A stretch of DNA of 64,000 nt from a bacterium. GTDB taxonomy: Bacteria; UBA8248; JACPRG01; G963555815. The stretch is taken from contig OZ244653.1 in the NCBI GenBank assembly GCA_965218795.1, positions 480,001-544,000 of the forward strand. The letters run 5' to 3'. The notes under the pieces are model-generated. The model made no database searches and was not told where the DNA came from. It was given only the letters and a program-made list of their open reading frames with translations. The translations under genes and the position numbers were made by a program. Of the stretch, positions 10,901 through 19,922 are shown piece after piece (the first letter of the stretch is position 1; the number at the start of each line of letters is the position of its first letter).

Positions 10901-12025
10901 TATCAGGCCGCTTGGATCCAAGCGGCTGAGGCATCTTCTGGATCCTTTGTTGTGGACAGCCAGCCAAGACGCGAAGTTCTTCAGTCCCGGCAAGAGCTCG
11001 CCGTCGAACCCTGTAATCAACGAGAGGACTCGGGTTAGCGGTAGTCCATCGTCCAAGCGACTGGAGATATGGCGCGCTGCAAGGTACTCCGCGATCTGCC
11101 GATGGACCGGCGCCAGTTGTCCTTCGGAAACGCCAGAGAAGAGCCGCGTGCCGAGAACCCGTCTGCTCCAGGCATCGGTGTCGGCGGCGACTTCTGTGAC
11201 GGATGGGTATTCTTTGTCAGGCTCCGCAAGGTCCGGCAGCGTGTAGCCGGCGTTGCCAGCCAGAATCTGGACCGCGCAGAGTCGCCCCGCCGCCTCGAGT
11301 AGAGCGTTGGCGTCCGCCGTTGAAGGGTCCGCTGCAAGGTGCTCGTTGTTCGGCTCGCGCACGAGGATCCTGCAAGCCTGCTCAAAAGTGTCCCGTCGGG
11401 ACTCGGGCCACTTGCCTTGAGCGACCGCCCTGGCCAGCAGGTCCAAGTTCTGCGGGTTCGTCAGCAGGTTGTCGATTCCGCGCTGGCGCGCCGCATCGAC
11501 GAAGCGTTCCGGGTCCGTGACGCCGTGGTTCTTCACGAGAATCTGCGTGATGTCGCTTCTCGATAAGGGATCCAGTCGGATCACGGCTACGGCGTGATCG
11601 GGGGAGACCTCCCTCAGTCCTTCCTTGTCGTTGGCGGCCAGCCAGTCGCGCCATCGGCAGGAGAGTCGAAACGGCGGGCGTCCGAGGCTGTCCAGCTTCC
11701 TGATGACGTCGTCAAGCGGAGTCCGCGCGTCCCCCGGTCCCGCCCGAGACTCGTCGAGACCGTCAAGGAACAACGTCCTGCCCCGCCACTCAGGCTTGTC
11801 GAGCCTGAGGAAGTTGCGAACCGTTTCGTAGATGCCGCCCTGCCTCGCCGCCTCGGTTTCGAACGCTACCGTCTTGCCCGCCCCTGGCTCGGCGATGAGC
11901 ACATAGGCTGCCGTGTCGGAGTAGACGCCGAGAGGCGTGTGGCGGCCGTCGCTGACAGGTCCTGCCGCTTCATTGACCACCGTGCATGTTCGCGGGGCGT
12001 AGTACTTTGTTGCGGCAAGAGTCAT
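7931..12025 (-). CDS. STAND/NACHT-like NTPase (1364 aa) with C-terminal PD-(D/E)XK-like nuclease domain
   Basis: Start ATG 12025 overlaps the upstream stop (ATGA). Walker A AEPGAGKT, Walker B LFLDGLDE, LSCR, NPQNL, PVHRQIAEYLAA; C-terminal RRADIRV...VEIKR...QL..YY..DP....GIYLVFWFG. Confidence 0.85.
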   Translation of the reverse strand: MTLAATKYYAPRTCTVVNEAAGPVSDGRHTPLGVYSDTAAYVLIAEPGAGKTVAFETEAARQGGIYETVRNFLRLDKPEWRGRTLFLDGLDESRAGPGDARTPLDDVIRKLDSLGRPPFRLSCRWRDWLAANDKEGLREVSPDHAVAVIRLDPLSRSDITQILVKNHGVTDPERFVDAARQRGIDNLLTNPQNLDLLARAVAQGKWPESRRDTFEQACRILVREPNNEHLAADPSTADANALLEAAGRLCAVQILAGNAGYTLPDLAEPDKEYPSVTEVAADTDAWSRRVLGTRLFSGVSEGQLAPVHRQIAEYLAARHISSRLDDGLPLTRVLSLITGFDGELLPGLKNFASWLAVHNKGSRRCLSRLDPSGLIHAADRDTYSPEEKREIVLNLRREWDHNSYASRSVGRVAGIGAIVSPELEETLREIFSGDQRDHVHQCYILLLVQMLADGDPLPALADVLEAIVRDSTWYPSVRSGALDVLTGYAERGSFSSAALNTLMRDIDGGSVEDPGDELLGILLKHLFPRILTMQDVLPYLRAPRLTEHTGEYSRFWTEHVIRQSTPEQLAELLDAVAANRDRFKSFMHGEVGTFTRMARLPVETLDRFLRDSRGDMDAHRLYNWLRLFSDSGFETIDRDMASLQFGLRRNRETLKALIAHGVNECMARGEECTGLVDRHLFGARPFDYGPWCVDQALAASGQPDAESFYLSELVDCLNGGQGAYGLTVEEARAALSSDKSLLHRFTQMLEPRAGPASRPEGQRPSDSPDEREHRSSQPAPTHTPPSMAMPGQVDRQQLHLAATAYLGIDDRFAGETPRDRLRAFAGGSPEVADVLLAQMQATTRRMDLPDCEEVVRSLDTQKINLLVLPFVAGLHSLEQSGRLLMGDLTQDSTRLAVTILYTLPARAVAPDSANSSTIYRPQWFQTLLESQPGLVARILSDVAVTKLETGVQMPIELHELRYADDHEKVARAAAVPLLQRFPAVKSDSELRALCWTLHSALVHGDRAEVSRLARDRLDRGRPRLNERICWIFAGFLADPQHWRDDFRSLPDDEACSASVGMFLASARVPREDIARDLEPSDVRALVEFAGTVMSREMPEYAHRAVSHAVSSLATETGAAATDVLQALADSPNAQPWLGSIAETRLCHVQRRREHEFRHCTIQQVVETLNNRSPANVGDLAALVLDELTSLSQKIRQGPTSDWRQYWNVDRHNRPTAPKPEDGCRDAMLSDLQDRLAPRGIDAQPEGVYANDRRADIRVSFAGFNLPVEIKRSCHDDVWTAISEQLTAYYTPDPDAGGIGIYLVFWFGDTEACRPTKSGNWRPTTPGEMEQRLQQSLCDRDRNLISICVVDVSVPPGKVMGTTAT

Positions 12026-12921
12026 TTCCGGATCAGCACATTGAGATCGCGCACCGGGACATACGCCATGCCGGTTTCTGCTGCGCGCCTGACTTTCTGG
12101 GCGATGACATCGGCAAGGTGAAGCCGGCCGGAAAGGACCTCGTGCAGATCGAGCCCGTCCATGCATATGACGCGCTTGCCGCGTCCGAAAGCGTGCAGTC
12201 CGTCTGCGGTGAAGCCGCTTTGGCTGATGATTAGACCGCGCGACCAGCTCGCCTTTTCCTCGACTTTGCCATTGAAGGCGTGAAGGGTTGCCACATCGAC
12301 CTGAGCGTTCCTCCATCTGGCTTCGAGCAGATAGGTCTGATCGCCGAGCACGAAACTTCCGTCGATCTGCTCGCCCCTGAGACGAAAGGAGGCGCGCGCG
12401 GACATTCCGTAGGCGTCGAATACGTCCTTCAGGAAGCTCTCGAAGGCATAGCCGCGGGCCTGCGGGTCCATGGTGGAGACTTCGAGCAGACGGGCGGCGA
12501 GGGCGGAGGCTACGGCCGGATCGACGAGCTGGTCTTGCTGCGCTGCGGCGGGCGTCTCCGGCTCTGGCGGCGTGCCCCCGAGGCGTTGGATGATCCGGAA
12601 GTAGGCGGTTCGCACCGTGTCTTCGAGTTCTGGATAGTCCGCGGTGACGCTGCTCGCCTCGCGGTATTCCCAAAGCGTCTCGAGGGTTTGGAGCGCTGTG
12701 TGGCGGTCTGCCCGTCGCAAGTAGCAGCGCAGGCGGTTCGCCTTGCTGTTGCCTTGAGCCGCCCACCGGTCATCGTAGATGTCGACGCCGAACTCTTCGT
12801 GAAAGAAGTTCGCGAAAGTCCGGTTGGAGAAGTTGAGCACAACGCCGCTCTCCATGCCGAACACCCTGTCGATGATCGGAATGTCCATGGAGCGGATCCT
12901 GGCATCCGATGTGGCGGCCAC
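12022..12921 (-). CDS. Mrr-like restriction endonuclease with AbiJ-type N-terminal domain
   Basis: N-term VLNFSNRTFANFF...DIYD...SKANRLR; C-term RGYAFESFL...GEQIDGSF...LLEARW...GLIISQSGFT. Confidence 0.75.
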   Translation of the reverse strand: MAATSDARIRSMDIPIIDRVFGMESGVVLNFSNRTFANFFHEEFGVDIYDDRWAAQGNSKANRLRCYLRRADRHTALQTLETLWEYREASSVTADYPELEDTVRTAYFRIIQRLGGTPPEPETPAAAQQDQLVDPAVASALAARLLEVSTMDPQARGYAFESFLKDVFDAYGMSARASFRLRGEQIDGSFVLGDQTYLLEARWRNAQVDVATLHAFNGKVEEKASWSRGLIISQSGFTADGLHAFGRGKRVICMDGLDLHEVLSGRLHLADVIAQKVRRAAETGMAYVPVRDLNVLIRK

Positions 12922-12924
12922 GGA

Positions 12925-13782
12925 TCACCTCAATCCCAGCGCCGAGAGCCAGGCGTCGACCTGCCCGAACGCGTCCTGCTGCCATTGATCGGCGGTGCGC
13001 TCTTCGAGCATGTCGGGCCTGTCGACGAACTGTCGCACGCTGGTCGGACCGAAATCGTCCGGGTGGCGGAATTTGTCCGCAATGTGGAGATAGCCGGTCC
13101 TTGCCGACTCGAACTTGAGGAGCGGCTCGGTTTCGGCGACGAGCGCCTCGATCCCGCCCGGGAAGTTGCGGATGCTGTAGTAGATGTCGTAGGCGTCCTT
13201 TTGCTTGAGCCGATCCGCGATCGTGTAGCCCTTCATGGCCAGCAGCGCGGGGATAGAGGCAACGGCGATCCGTACGCGGTTGCTCCCGCCGCCGGGCATG
13301 TCGCCGTCGACCGCCACGAACTTGTGGGGCTTCAGGGCCAGGTCCGCGCCGTCGGCGCGCTGAACCGCAAAGTCGGCGACCAGCGGAGGCACGTTCTTCG
13401 CGATCGTCGCGTCCCGAGGCATCAGAAAATCGACGACCACATCGATGTCGGGACCGTCGTCGCGGGCGGGGACGGTACGCACGAGTTGAAAGCGGCGCCG
13501 GTCCTCCCCCTGGCGGTAACCCTGCCTCAGGAGAGCGTCGACGAGCCGCGCGTAATCGCCGTCACCCAGGGCCTCCGCATCCAGGGTGAGATCCACGTCC
13601 AGGGTTCCGATATGCGGCATGTCGGACCCGGTCAGCAGCAGCCAGGGAACGGCGCCGCCGATCACGGCGAATCTGTCCCGGTAGCTGCCCAGGATCTGGC
13701 CGATCTCGACCAACACTGACTTGACCGCGCCCGTAGCGCGGTCGTCGTAGTCGGAGGCGCGCCGCGGGTCTATTTCAGCCAT
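12925..13782 (-). CDS. Pol-beta-like nucleotidyltransferase (AbiEii-type toxin)
   Basis: VIGGAVP...GTLDVDL...; LLAMKGY...KQKDAYDIYY; start overlaps the upstream gene end. Confidence 0.8.
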   Translation of the reverse strand: MAEIDPRRASDYDDRATGAVKSVLVEIGQILGSYRDRFAVIGGAVPWLLLTGSDMPHIGTLDVDLTLDAEALGDGDYARLVDALLRQGYRQGEDRRRFQLVRTVPARDDGPDIDVVVDFLMPRDATIAKNVPPLVADFAVQRADGADLALKPHKFVAVDGDMPGGGSNRVRIAVASIPALLAMKGYTIADRLKQKDAYDIYYSIRNFPGGIEALVAETEPLLKFESARTGYLHIADKFRHPDDFGPTSVRQFVDRPDMLEERTADQWQQDAFGQVDAWLSALGLR

Positions 13783-14876
13783 GGGAAGAACTCGCCCGCC
13801 AAGTGTTCCGCCGCCTCCCGGTCGCGGTCGCTGCCGGTCCAGAGATCGAGATAGGTCACGATGGGACTGGTGCAGAACACGTTCGGCGCGGGTTCGCTCG
13901 CGTCGTGAAACAGGCTCTCGTCCGTCGGGACGAGCAGCACCACGTTCGCGCCCCTTGCGGCGTGCGTGAGCTTCAACGCGTCCTTCAGCGCATCGGCGCC
14001 CGGCTCGTCGGCGTATAGCGTATGGGTGGCGCTCCGGCCGAAGGGCGCAAGCCACTGGGCGGCCGAGTGCAGCGCGTAGAGGACGCGCGGGCACTCGGGG
14101 TGCGGGTTGAGCGTGCCCCGCAGCCGCTCGTCGAGCTGGGTTCCATGGAGATGGGTATATCCGGTGATGGATTCGCCGGTCGGGCGGCGATAGCTCTCGC
14201 GCCAGGTTTGCAGCAGGACGTCCGGTTGGACGAGGACGACGCCGTCATCCCCGAGCTCGATCCATTCGCGTGCCAGCAGAGCCTTGCGGACATTGCTCAC
14301 ATGGCCATAGCTGGCGCGGGCCTGCGCCGCCAGATCGGCGACGCGCCATGCACGTCCCGGTTCGCGCAGCAGTACGCGCAGGATCGCCGCTGCCTTCGGA
14401 GAGAAGATCGAGCGCAGCGAACGGGTCTCCGAGACGGGCCTCTCTGCGACGGCACGCTCGATGTAGACGGTATCGAATGCGAGCCTCGCGTTTCCGACCA
14501 GATCGAGATAGGCGATATCATGGTCCAAGCAGATGGCGCGCGAGTCCGGAGACAGGTAAGGACTGACGATCATTGGAATGAAGCGCCTGCCGCCATTTGC
14601 CTCGCCGGATCGGCGCAATCGAGCCACGCAGCTCTCGAGCTGATAGACCCCGGAGCGGACGAATCGGGGGGCGCCGTTCGACCTCACCTCTACGACGAGT
14701 GCATAGTTGCCGCCGCGGTGGGCAAATGCGACTAGTCCGTCCATACCATAGTCGTGGCCGATTTTTCGTTCATACTCGACGGTCTCGACCTGCACGCTCG
14801 GCACGTTGCGGAGCAGGTCGCGAACCGCATCGATCGCGCGGACCTCCACTTCTTTCACTAATTCTACACTTTTCAT
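13770..14876 (-). CDS. AbiEi-family type IV antitoxin / transcriptional regulator
   Basis: wHTH WRVADLAAQARASYGHVSNVRKAL; C-term GANVVLL...SPIVTYLDL...RDREAAEHL. Confidence 0.8.
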   Translation of the reverse strand: MKSVELVKEVEVRAIDAVRDLLRNVPSVQVETVEYERKIGHDYGMDGLVAFAHRGGNYALVVEVRSNGAPRFVRSGVYQLESCVARLRRSGEANGGRRFIPMIVSPYLSPDSRAICLDHDIAYLDLVGNARLAFDTVYIERAVAERPVSETRSLRSIFSPKAAAILRVLLREPGRAWRVADLAAQARASYGHVSNVRKALLAREWIELGDDGVVLVQPDVLLQTWRESYRRPTGESITGYTHLHGTQLDERLRGTLNPHPECPRVLYALHSAAQWLAPFGRSATHTLYADEPGADALKDALKLTHAARGANVVLLVPTDESLFHDASEPAPNVFCTSPIVTYLDLWTGSDRDREAAEHLAGEFFPWLK

Positions 14877-14913
14877 AACACGATGAATATAGGCATCAGA
14901 GTGAAAAATACAA
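14853..14913 (-). promoter_or_regulatory. Putative sigma70 promoter and operator of the abiE-STAND operon
   Basis: Minus strand TTGTAT-16 bp-TATATT ~10 nt before ATG 14876; inverted pair TTTCACT (14853-14859) / AGTGAAA (14900-14906). Confidence 0.45.
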
Positions 14914-15120
14914 GAGTGGTCGCTGCTGCGTGTCTCGACGCGCCGGCTGGCAGTCACGTTCGATGGTGTAGACGGGAGCCGCTGCCGCTCGATCTGGCGC
15001 CGACGCGGGCCAGTCTCAGGAGCCACAGCTTGCGATACGCCTATTGAGTCTTCCGAAAGCGGAAGACCGGGGGCGCCCGCCGAAAGAAGCTTGCTGGCGC
15101 CAGATCGCAAATCCCGGCGG

Positions 15121-16560
15121 TCAGGCGATGCGGTTGCCGAACAGGAGCCTGCGCTCGTCCTCGCGCCGAAGCCGGGCCTCGTAGGCGTCGTGGGTCTCGA
15201 AAGCGCCGAAGTCCGGGATGGTCGGGGCCAGGCCGGAACAGTCCAGCAGGTGGCGGGCGACATGCTTGTCGCGGATCGTATGCCCCGCGTTCAGCGCATG
15301 GTCGATCATGGTCCTCAGGGCCAGGGTTGCGGCGAGCGGATGTCTGGCCGCCAGGGCGTCGGCGGCGGGAAGCAGGACGTGGTCGAAGATGCCTTCCAGA
15401 TTCGCCGCCTCTTCGATGACCAGAGCGGCCGCCCTGTCGAGGGCCGGCCAGGATATGAGGAAGGACAGGGCGCCGACCGGGCTGCGGATCTGCCGGACGC
15501 GGTCGAGGGCCCTTTCCTCGGCCTCGATGTCCTCGAAATCGGGAAGCCTCTTCAAATATGCCCGGAGATGGGGCGCGGATAGGTAACGCTCGAAACAGCT
15601 CCACCGGAGCTCCTGGGCCTCGTCGGTCCGCCCGAGCGCGTCCAGCGCATCGATCCGGGTGTCCTCGCAGGTGAGCCGGTGCCGGCCCGGGACCGCGTCG
15701 TCATCGGGTTCCGCGGCGTCGGCCGCATTGAGGGCCTCTTCGGCCCGTCCCGCGGCAAGCAGCCTGCGGGCGATCGCGGCGGCGACCGCGGGGTCTTTCA
15801 ATGAGTCTTCCTCGACCTGTTCGATGAAGGCGTCGACGTCACCCTGGGCGTCGGCGATGTCCTGCAGGGCCGAGCGGGCGATGCGGAGCCTGGTTCCGTC
15901 GGCGACCGGGTCTTCGAGCGCCGTCCCGGCGTAGCGCCGCAGTATTCTCGGACGGTGCGCTTCCGGTAACTGCGCGACCGGCGTCTTCGAGTATTGGACC
16001 ATTAGCTGCTTCAGATGCTCCAGCCCTTCCTGGCCCAGGGCCGGCGTCAGCACCCGGATCAGATCGTCATACTGGCCGTGGGCGTCTTGGGTCAGTTGCT
16101 CGAAGGCCCGGTCCGCCAGCTTGCGCGGATCGGGGCCGGCCGCGGAGGCCAGATCGCCCAGATGCGAGACGTCGAAGGCCGGGGCGAAGGTGTCGTCGCC
16201 GTCCCAGCAACGGTCCAGGATCGGGTTCGCCAAACGTATGTACTGCCACATCAGGTCGAACGCCTCGGCTGGGTCTTCGCCGGCGATCCGCTCGACGATG
16301 GCCGCACGGTGAAGTTCGAGCTCGTCGAGGAGATCCCGGCGCTTCTGCGCATCGAAAGCCGCGCGCGACCTGCCGATCGCCGCCAGCCTCTGCCCGACCT
16401 CCCGGGCGAGCTCGGCCGGGCCTTCCCTGCCAGCAAGCTCGAGCCGAAGCAATCGCCGGGTCACGGTCCTTCCCTTGCTGACCTGGATCAGCAATTCGGC
16501 GAGACGGTCGGTTCCGAGAGCCTCCAGGTTCCTGGCGTTCAGAGGACGTTTGGTTGCCAT
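15121..16560 (-). CDS. DUF6880-like helical protein
   Basis: N-term LNARNLEALGTDRLAELL...RLRLEL-type motif and C-term HPLAATLALR...FETHDAYEARLR recognised from this family. Confidence 0.65.
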   Translation of the reverse strand: MATKRPLNARNLEALGTDRLAELLIQVSKGRTVTRRLLRLELAGREGPAELAREVGQRLAAIGRSRAAFDAQKRRDLLDELELHRAAIVERIAGEDPAEAFDLMWQYIRLANPILDRCWDGDDTFAPAFDVSHLGDLASAAGPDPRKLADRAFEQLTQDAHGQYDDLIRVLTPALGQEGLEHLKQLMVQYSKTPVAQLPEAHRPRILRRYAGTALEDPVADGTRLRIARSALQDIADAQGDVDAFIEQVEEDSLKDPAVAAAIARRLLAAGRAEEALNAADAAEPDDDAVPGRHRLTCEDTRIDALDALGRTDEAQELRWSCFERYLSAPHLRAYLKRLPDFEDIEAEERALDRVRQIRSPVGALSFLISWPALDRAAALVIEEAANLEGIFDHVLLPAADALAARHPLAATLALRTMIDHALNAGHTIRDKHVARHLLDCSGLAPTIPDFGAFETHDAYEARLRREDERRLLFGNRIA

Positions 16561-17265
16561 CGGTTCTCTGGCGATGCGATGCGTCCGGGTGGCCCGACCT
16601 TGATGCGCCGCTCCGATTGGCGCAATAGGCTTGGCTGCAATGGGCGGGGTCGCGGTCGGTCGGATCGGGACGAGGCGAATTGGGCAACGCGGTGGCATTT
16701 GACTTTCGCCTCGTGGCCACAACCAACGGACATGGCGAGGGGTTGGTCGTCGAATCGCGGCGGTTTCGGATCGATGACGGATGCCTTACGCTCCGTATCC
16801 GACCATCGGGAGACTCGTGCTACATCAATACCTTGAGAGCCGGTGGGACAAGGGGAGTGGAGGAATTCGTATGACAGGCGGGAAGGTCGCGGAAGCGGTT
16901 TGCGTCGATTCTCTACGCTCGGAGGCGAGAAGCGCCAGGATGTTGAATTCACGCGGTTCCGATGCGATGACGGCCTGTCCGTGCCTTGCCGACCCGATGG
17001 TCGAAAAGTCCAGGGTCACTACCGGATTGCAGACTTGGCTACTGCCGACTTGGATGCCCGCTCGCAGTATGAGGCAAGAAGGTGATGTAAGCGGATTGAA
17101 TGGATTCTGGACCAACGACGCCGCCGAGGGACGGGATTCTGAAAGCACGCGGACGAAATCCGACAACGGACGCAAGCGGTAGCTTCTAGCAATTGACGAG
17201 CAAATCGAGGGTAGGATATTGAAGATGAGAGTGAACTACCTAATCACGGAACCTCATTAGGTCCC

Positions 17266-17526
17266 ATGCGAAAACCAAAAGTGCACCAGCGCACTGTTTT
17301 GCCCATAATGGGAACTATCGGGCTGCTCGTGTACGTAACAGCGCCTTGTTGGTTACCAAACTCTATTGTTGAACGCTTAGATTTTGTCGCGCTTGGCTTT
17401 GCAGCTCTAATTGCATTTCCGTGGCTCGTTGTTTGCTTTGAAGAGTTGGTATCAGCCTGGAGTCACCGCCATAACAGACTATCGGTGAAGGATATGGAGA
17501 AAGCCCGAAGGGATCAGACCTTATGA
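17266..17526 (+). CDS. Small two-TM membrane protein
   Basis: Two hydrophobic stretches; stop overlaps the next start (ATGA 17523-17526). Confidence 0.5.
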   Translation: MRKPKVHQRTVLPIMGTIGLLVYVTAPCWLPNSIVERLDFVALGFAALIAFPWLVVCFEELVSAWSHRHNRLSVKDMEKARRDQTL

Positions 17527-19343
17527 GCCAGAGCGACAAGGTGCATTTGAACGATAAGCCTGCGCCAAGTGGCGAGGAAGCGAAGCGGGACATGGAGGTG
17601 TCGGACGTCGCCGACGACCTGGGTGTCGCGATCGAACTGCTCGAACCCGGCAAGCCCCTCGTCCTGAACGACGGATTCCTCGTAACCGACAGCGGAAACT
17701 TGATCGTGAGTCAGTATGTCGACATTGGTGTGGACAAGCTGCGCCGACGCCCCTCGACTGTTTTGAAATTCATCGGGGCCAAGTACGGGCTGGAGCATGC
17801 CCTGGAAATTCAGGTGTCCGCCCCGAATCGGTACCGCGATTACGGGGAGACGTTCATCCAAGACGACCAGGAAGGACACGCCTTACGCGAAACCAAAACC
17901 GAAAGCCCACCGCGGTCCTATGAAGAACAAAATCGGGAGCAGGAAAGAGCGTTGTCTCTGCTAGGACAGGAGGGAATGACGATCACAAACACGGATACTC
18001 CGCACGTCGACCGTGCCGCCGAAAGCATGACATTCGGCAAGAGTTCTTGGATCTATTGCACGGCTATAGAGACAACTCCCGAAGAACGGAATGCAAAGCA
18101 CGAGAAATTGTCCCACAAGTATGACCACGAGAGCGTAATTCGGCAGCCAGGAAGGTTCGCCTTTGCACTTGGAGAAATGTTTGCCAACCAACGGGGTCCT
18201 CGAGGACAACGAGGCGACTCTAATCATCCAGGAGGCATTAAGTCATTTCACAACGCTCAACTCGTGATGCACGGCCCCGTTTGGTACACAGACGACGTGC
18301 TTGGGTTCCTTGAGTCACGACGATCCGAGCCTTTGTATAACATGTACCCGCTTTTCTTGAAGCACAGTGAGTATCGAGATCAGCAGGAATACAGATTTGT
18401 ACTTCATTGCGAAACGCCTGTTGAGTCGGAGACACTACGCCTGAACATCACAGGGGCGATGCGCGATGCCCTGGCTCCGCCTCTCGTGGGGGGCCACGTG
18501 ACCTTCCAACGCCGTGAGGACTCCGATGCCGACTCGTCTTCGGGGAAGGTTTCGGGTCCGACACCTACGTTCCAGACCATGACGCAAAGTCGCAATTGGT
18601 CAAATAGGCGCCGTCGGGCATTGAGTATCGAGGGCGAGGTCGTCCAGGAGGAGATCATTACTTCCGAGCAGACCATCGTGTTGAAGACGGAGCTTCCTGC
18701 CGACGGCCTGGAGCTTGGTGAGAGCGGTCTGGATGCTCCAACTCCGAAGGAAGGAGAAATTACCGACTTGAAAACCCGAGAACGTAGGGTTGCAGGAGAG
18801 GTAACCGACAAGGAGACAAGCTGGCGCACAAGGATTTTCACCATCGCGGACCCTTCCGACGCCGAAAGACTGTTCACGATGGAAGAGCAGGATAACGCGG
18901 CAGAGATGCTCAAGGCAGTCAGGCGGCCTTTTGAAAACTTCTCGACATTACCGAAGCAGGCGTCCGAGGCACTAAAGGCACTGGCCTATCAGACAGCATT
19001 TGTCGAACCAGATCTCAAGGTGCAGACAATGAGTGCATGCTGGAATGCCATTTGGGCAATATGCAATCTCTATGAGTGCTATGGCGATATTGTCGGGCCA
19101 GTAAGCATCGAGGAGGACGAGTTTGTTGCCATTACGCTGAAGCAGTCGGAGGATACCGGCGCGGAAGGCAAGATACTCGTGGGACCAAGAGGGACGTTCG
19201 CTTACCTGCTGGTACGCGGAGACGAGAAACGTCCCGGAAATGGGGGCACAAGGGATCGGCTCGTTTTTTTCCCTGACGAAGAGACGCGTGCTGCATTCGC
19301 GGAGTTCGGTTGGACGACTCTGGGGGAGGATGATTCAGAGTAA
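17523..19343 (+). CDS. Hypothetical 606-aa protein, N-terminal half resembling DUF2971-like fold
   Basis: Long ORF in lower-GC DNA; WIYCT...GPVWY...FLKHSEYRDQQEYRF. Confidence 0.65.
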   Translation: MSQSDKVHLNDKPAPSGEEAKRDMEVSDVADDLGVAIELLEPGKPLVLNDGFLVTDSGNLIVSQYVDIGVDKLRRRPSTVLKFIGAKYGLEHALEIQVSAPNRYRDYGETFIQDDQEGHALRETKTESPPRSYEEQNREQERALSLLGQEGMTITNTDTPHVDRAAESMTFGKSSWIYCTAIETTPEERNAKHEKLSHKYDHESVIRQPGRFAFALGEMFANQRGPRGQRGDSNHPGGIKSFHNAQLVMHGPVWYTDDVLGFLESRRSEPLYNMYPLFLKHSEYRDQQEYRFVLHCETPVESETLRLNITGAMRDALAPPLVGGHVTFQRREDSDADSSSGKVSGPTPTFQTMTQSRNWSNRRRRALSIEGEVVQEEIITSEQTIVLKTELPADGLELGESGLDAPTPKEGEITDLKTRERRVAGEVTDKETSWRTRIFTIADPSDAERLFTMEEQDNAAEMLKAVRRPFENFSTLPKQASEALKALAYQTAFVEPDLKVQTMSACWNAIWAICNLYECYGDIVGPVSIEEDEFVAITLKQSEDTGAEGKILVGPRGTFAYLLVRGDEKRPGNGGTRDRLVFFPDEETRAAFAEFGWTTLGEDDSE

Positions 19344-19616
19344 AGCAAGGATGTTGGAGATCGCGACGTCGGATTCCGTGGAGGTCTTCGCGAACCGTGT
19401 GGGTCGATCGGCTGAATGGTGGAGCGGTTCGGAGTTGAGCGCGGAGGAACGATGCCGTTACGACAATTGAGGCGCAGCATACCTCTCGCCGACTTGGTTC
19501 GGAGGGTGGGCATCTAGCGGTTGAGGAATCACGATGCATTCTTGGGAATCTTCGTCAAGTACGCCAGAATCCGCAGATGGCGCAGCCGGCTCGGCGAACA
19601 GAGCCGGCCGGCGCCT

Positions 19617-19812
19617 CTATAGAATGTAGCCCGCAATGCTATCGGCGATCCGCTCCGCCGTCTCATGGATCGAGTCGTACGCCAGATGGGCGTAGCGCGC
19701 CGTGGTCTCGATATCGCTGTGGCCGAGCACCTTGCCGATCACCGGCAGTGTTTCGCCGAGTGCCAGGGCGCGTGACACGAAATGGGTGACGTAGGTTGTG
19801 AGGGGTGAACTT
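19617..19812 (-). pseudogene. Frameshifted C-terminal fragment of a tyrosine integrase
   Basis: HNLRH then, shifted, FVSRALALGETLPVIGKVLGHSDIETTARYAHLAYDSIHETAERIADSIA; same family as 926-1078. Confidence 0.8.
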
Positions 19813-19922
19813 CGGCGGCCGCAGGCATTGCGGACAACGGCGCGGTCGGGCTAGACAGACCGGCAGAGCCGGGAATTCGGCATACCCGACCAAGCGGCGC
19901 AAATATCCGGGAGATCCTTGGC

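Noticed and set aside
12026-12766. N-terminal extension of the 1611-aa ORF
   Set aside because: Overlaps the Mrr-like gene in another frame and is low-complexity Arg/Pro; the ATG at 12025 gives normal coupling.
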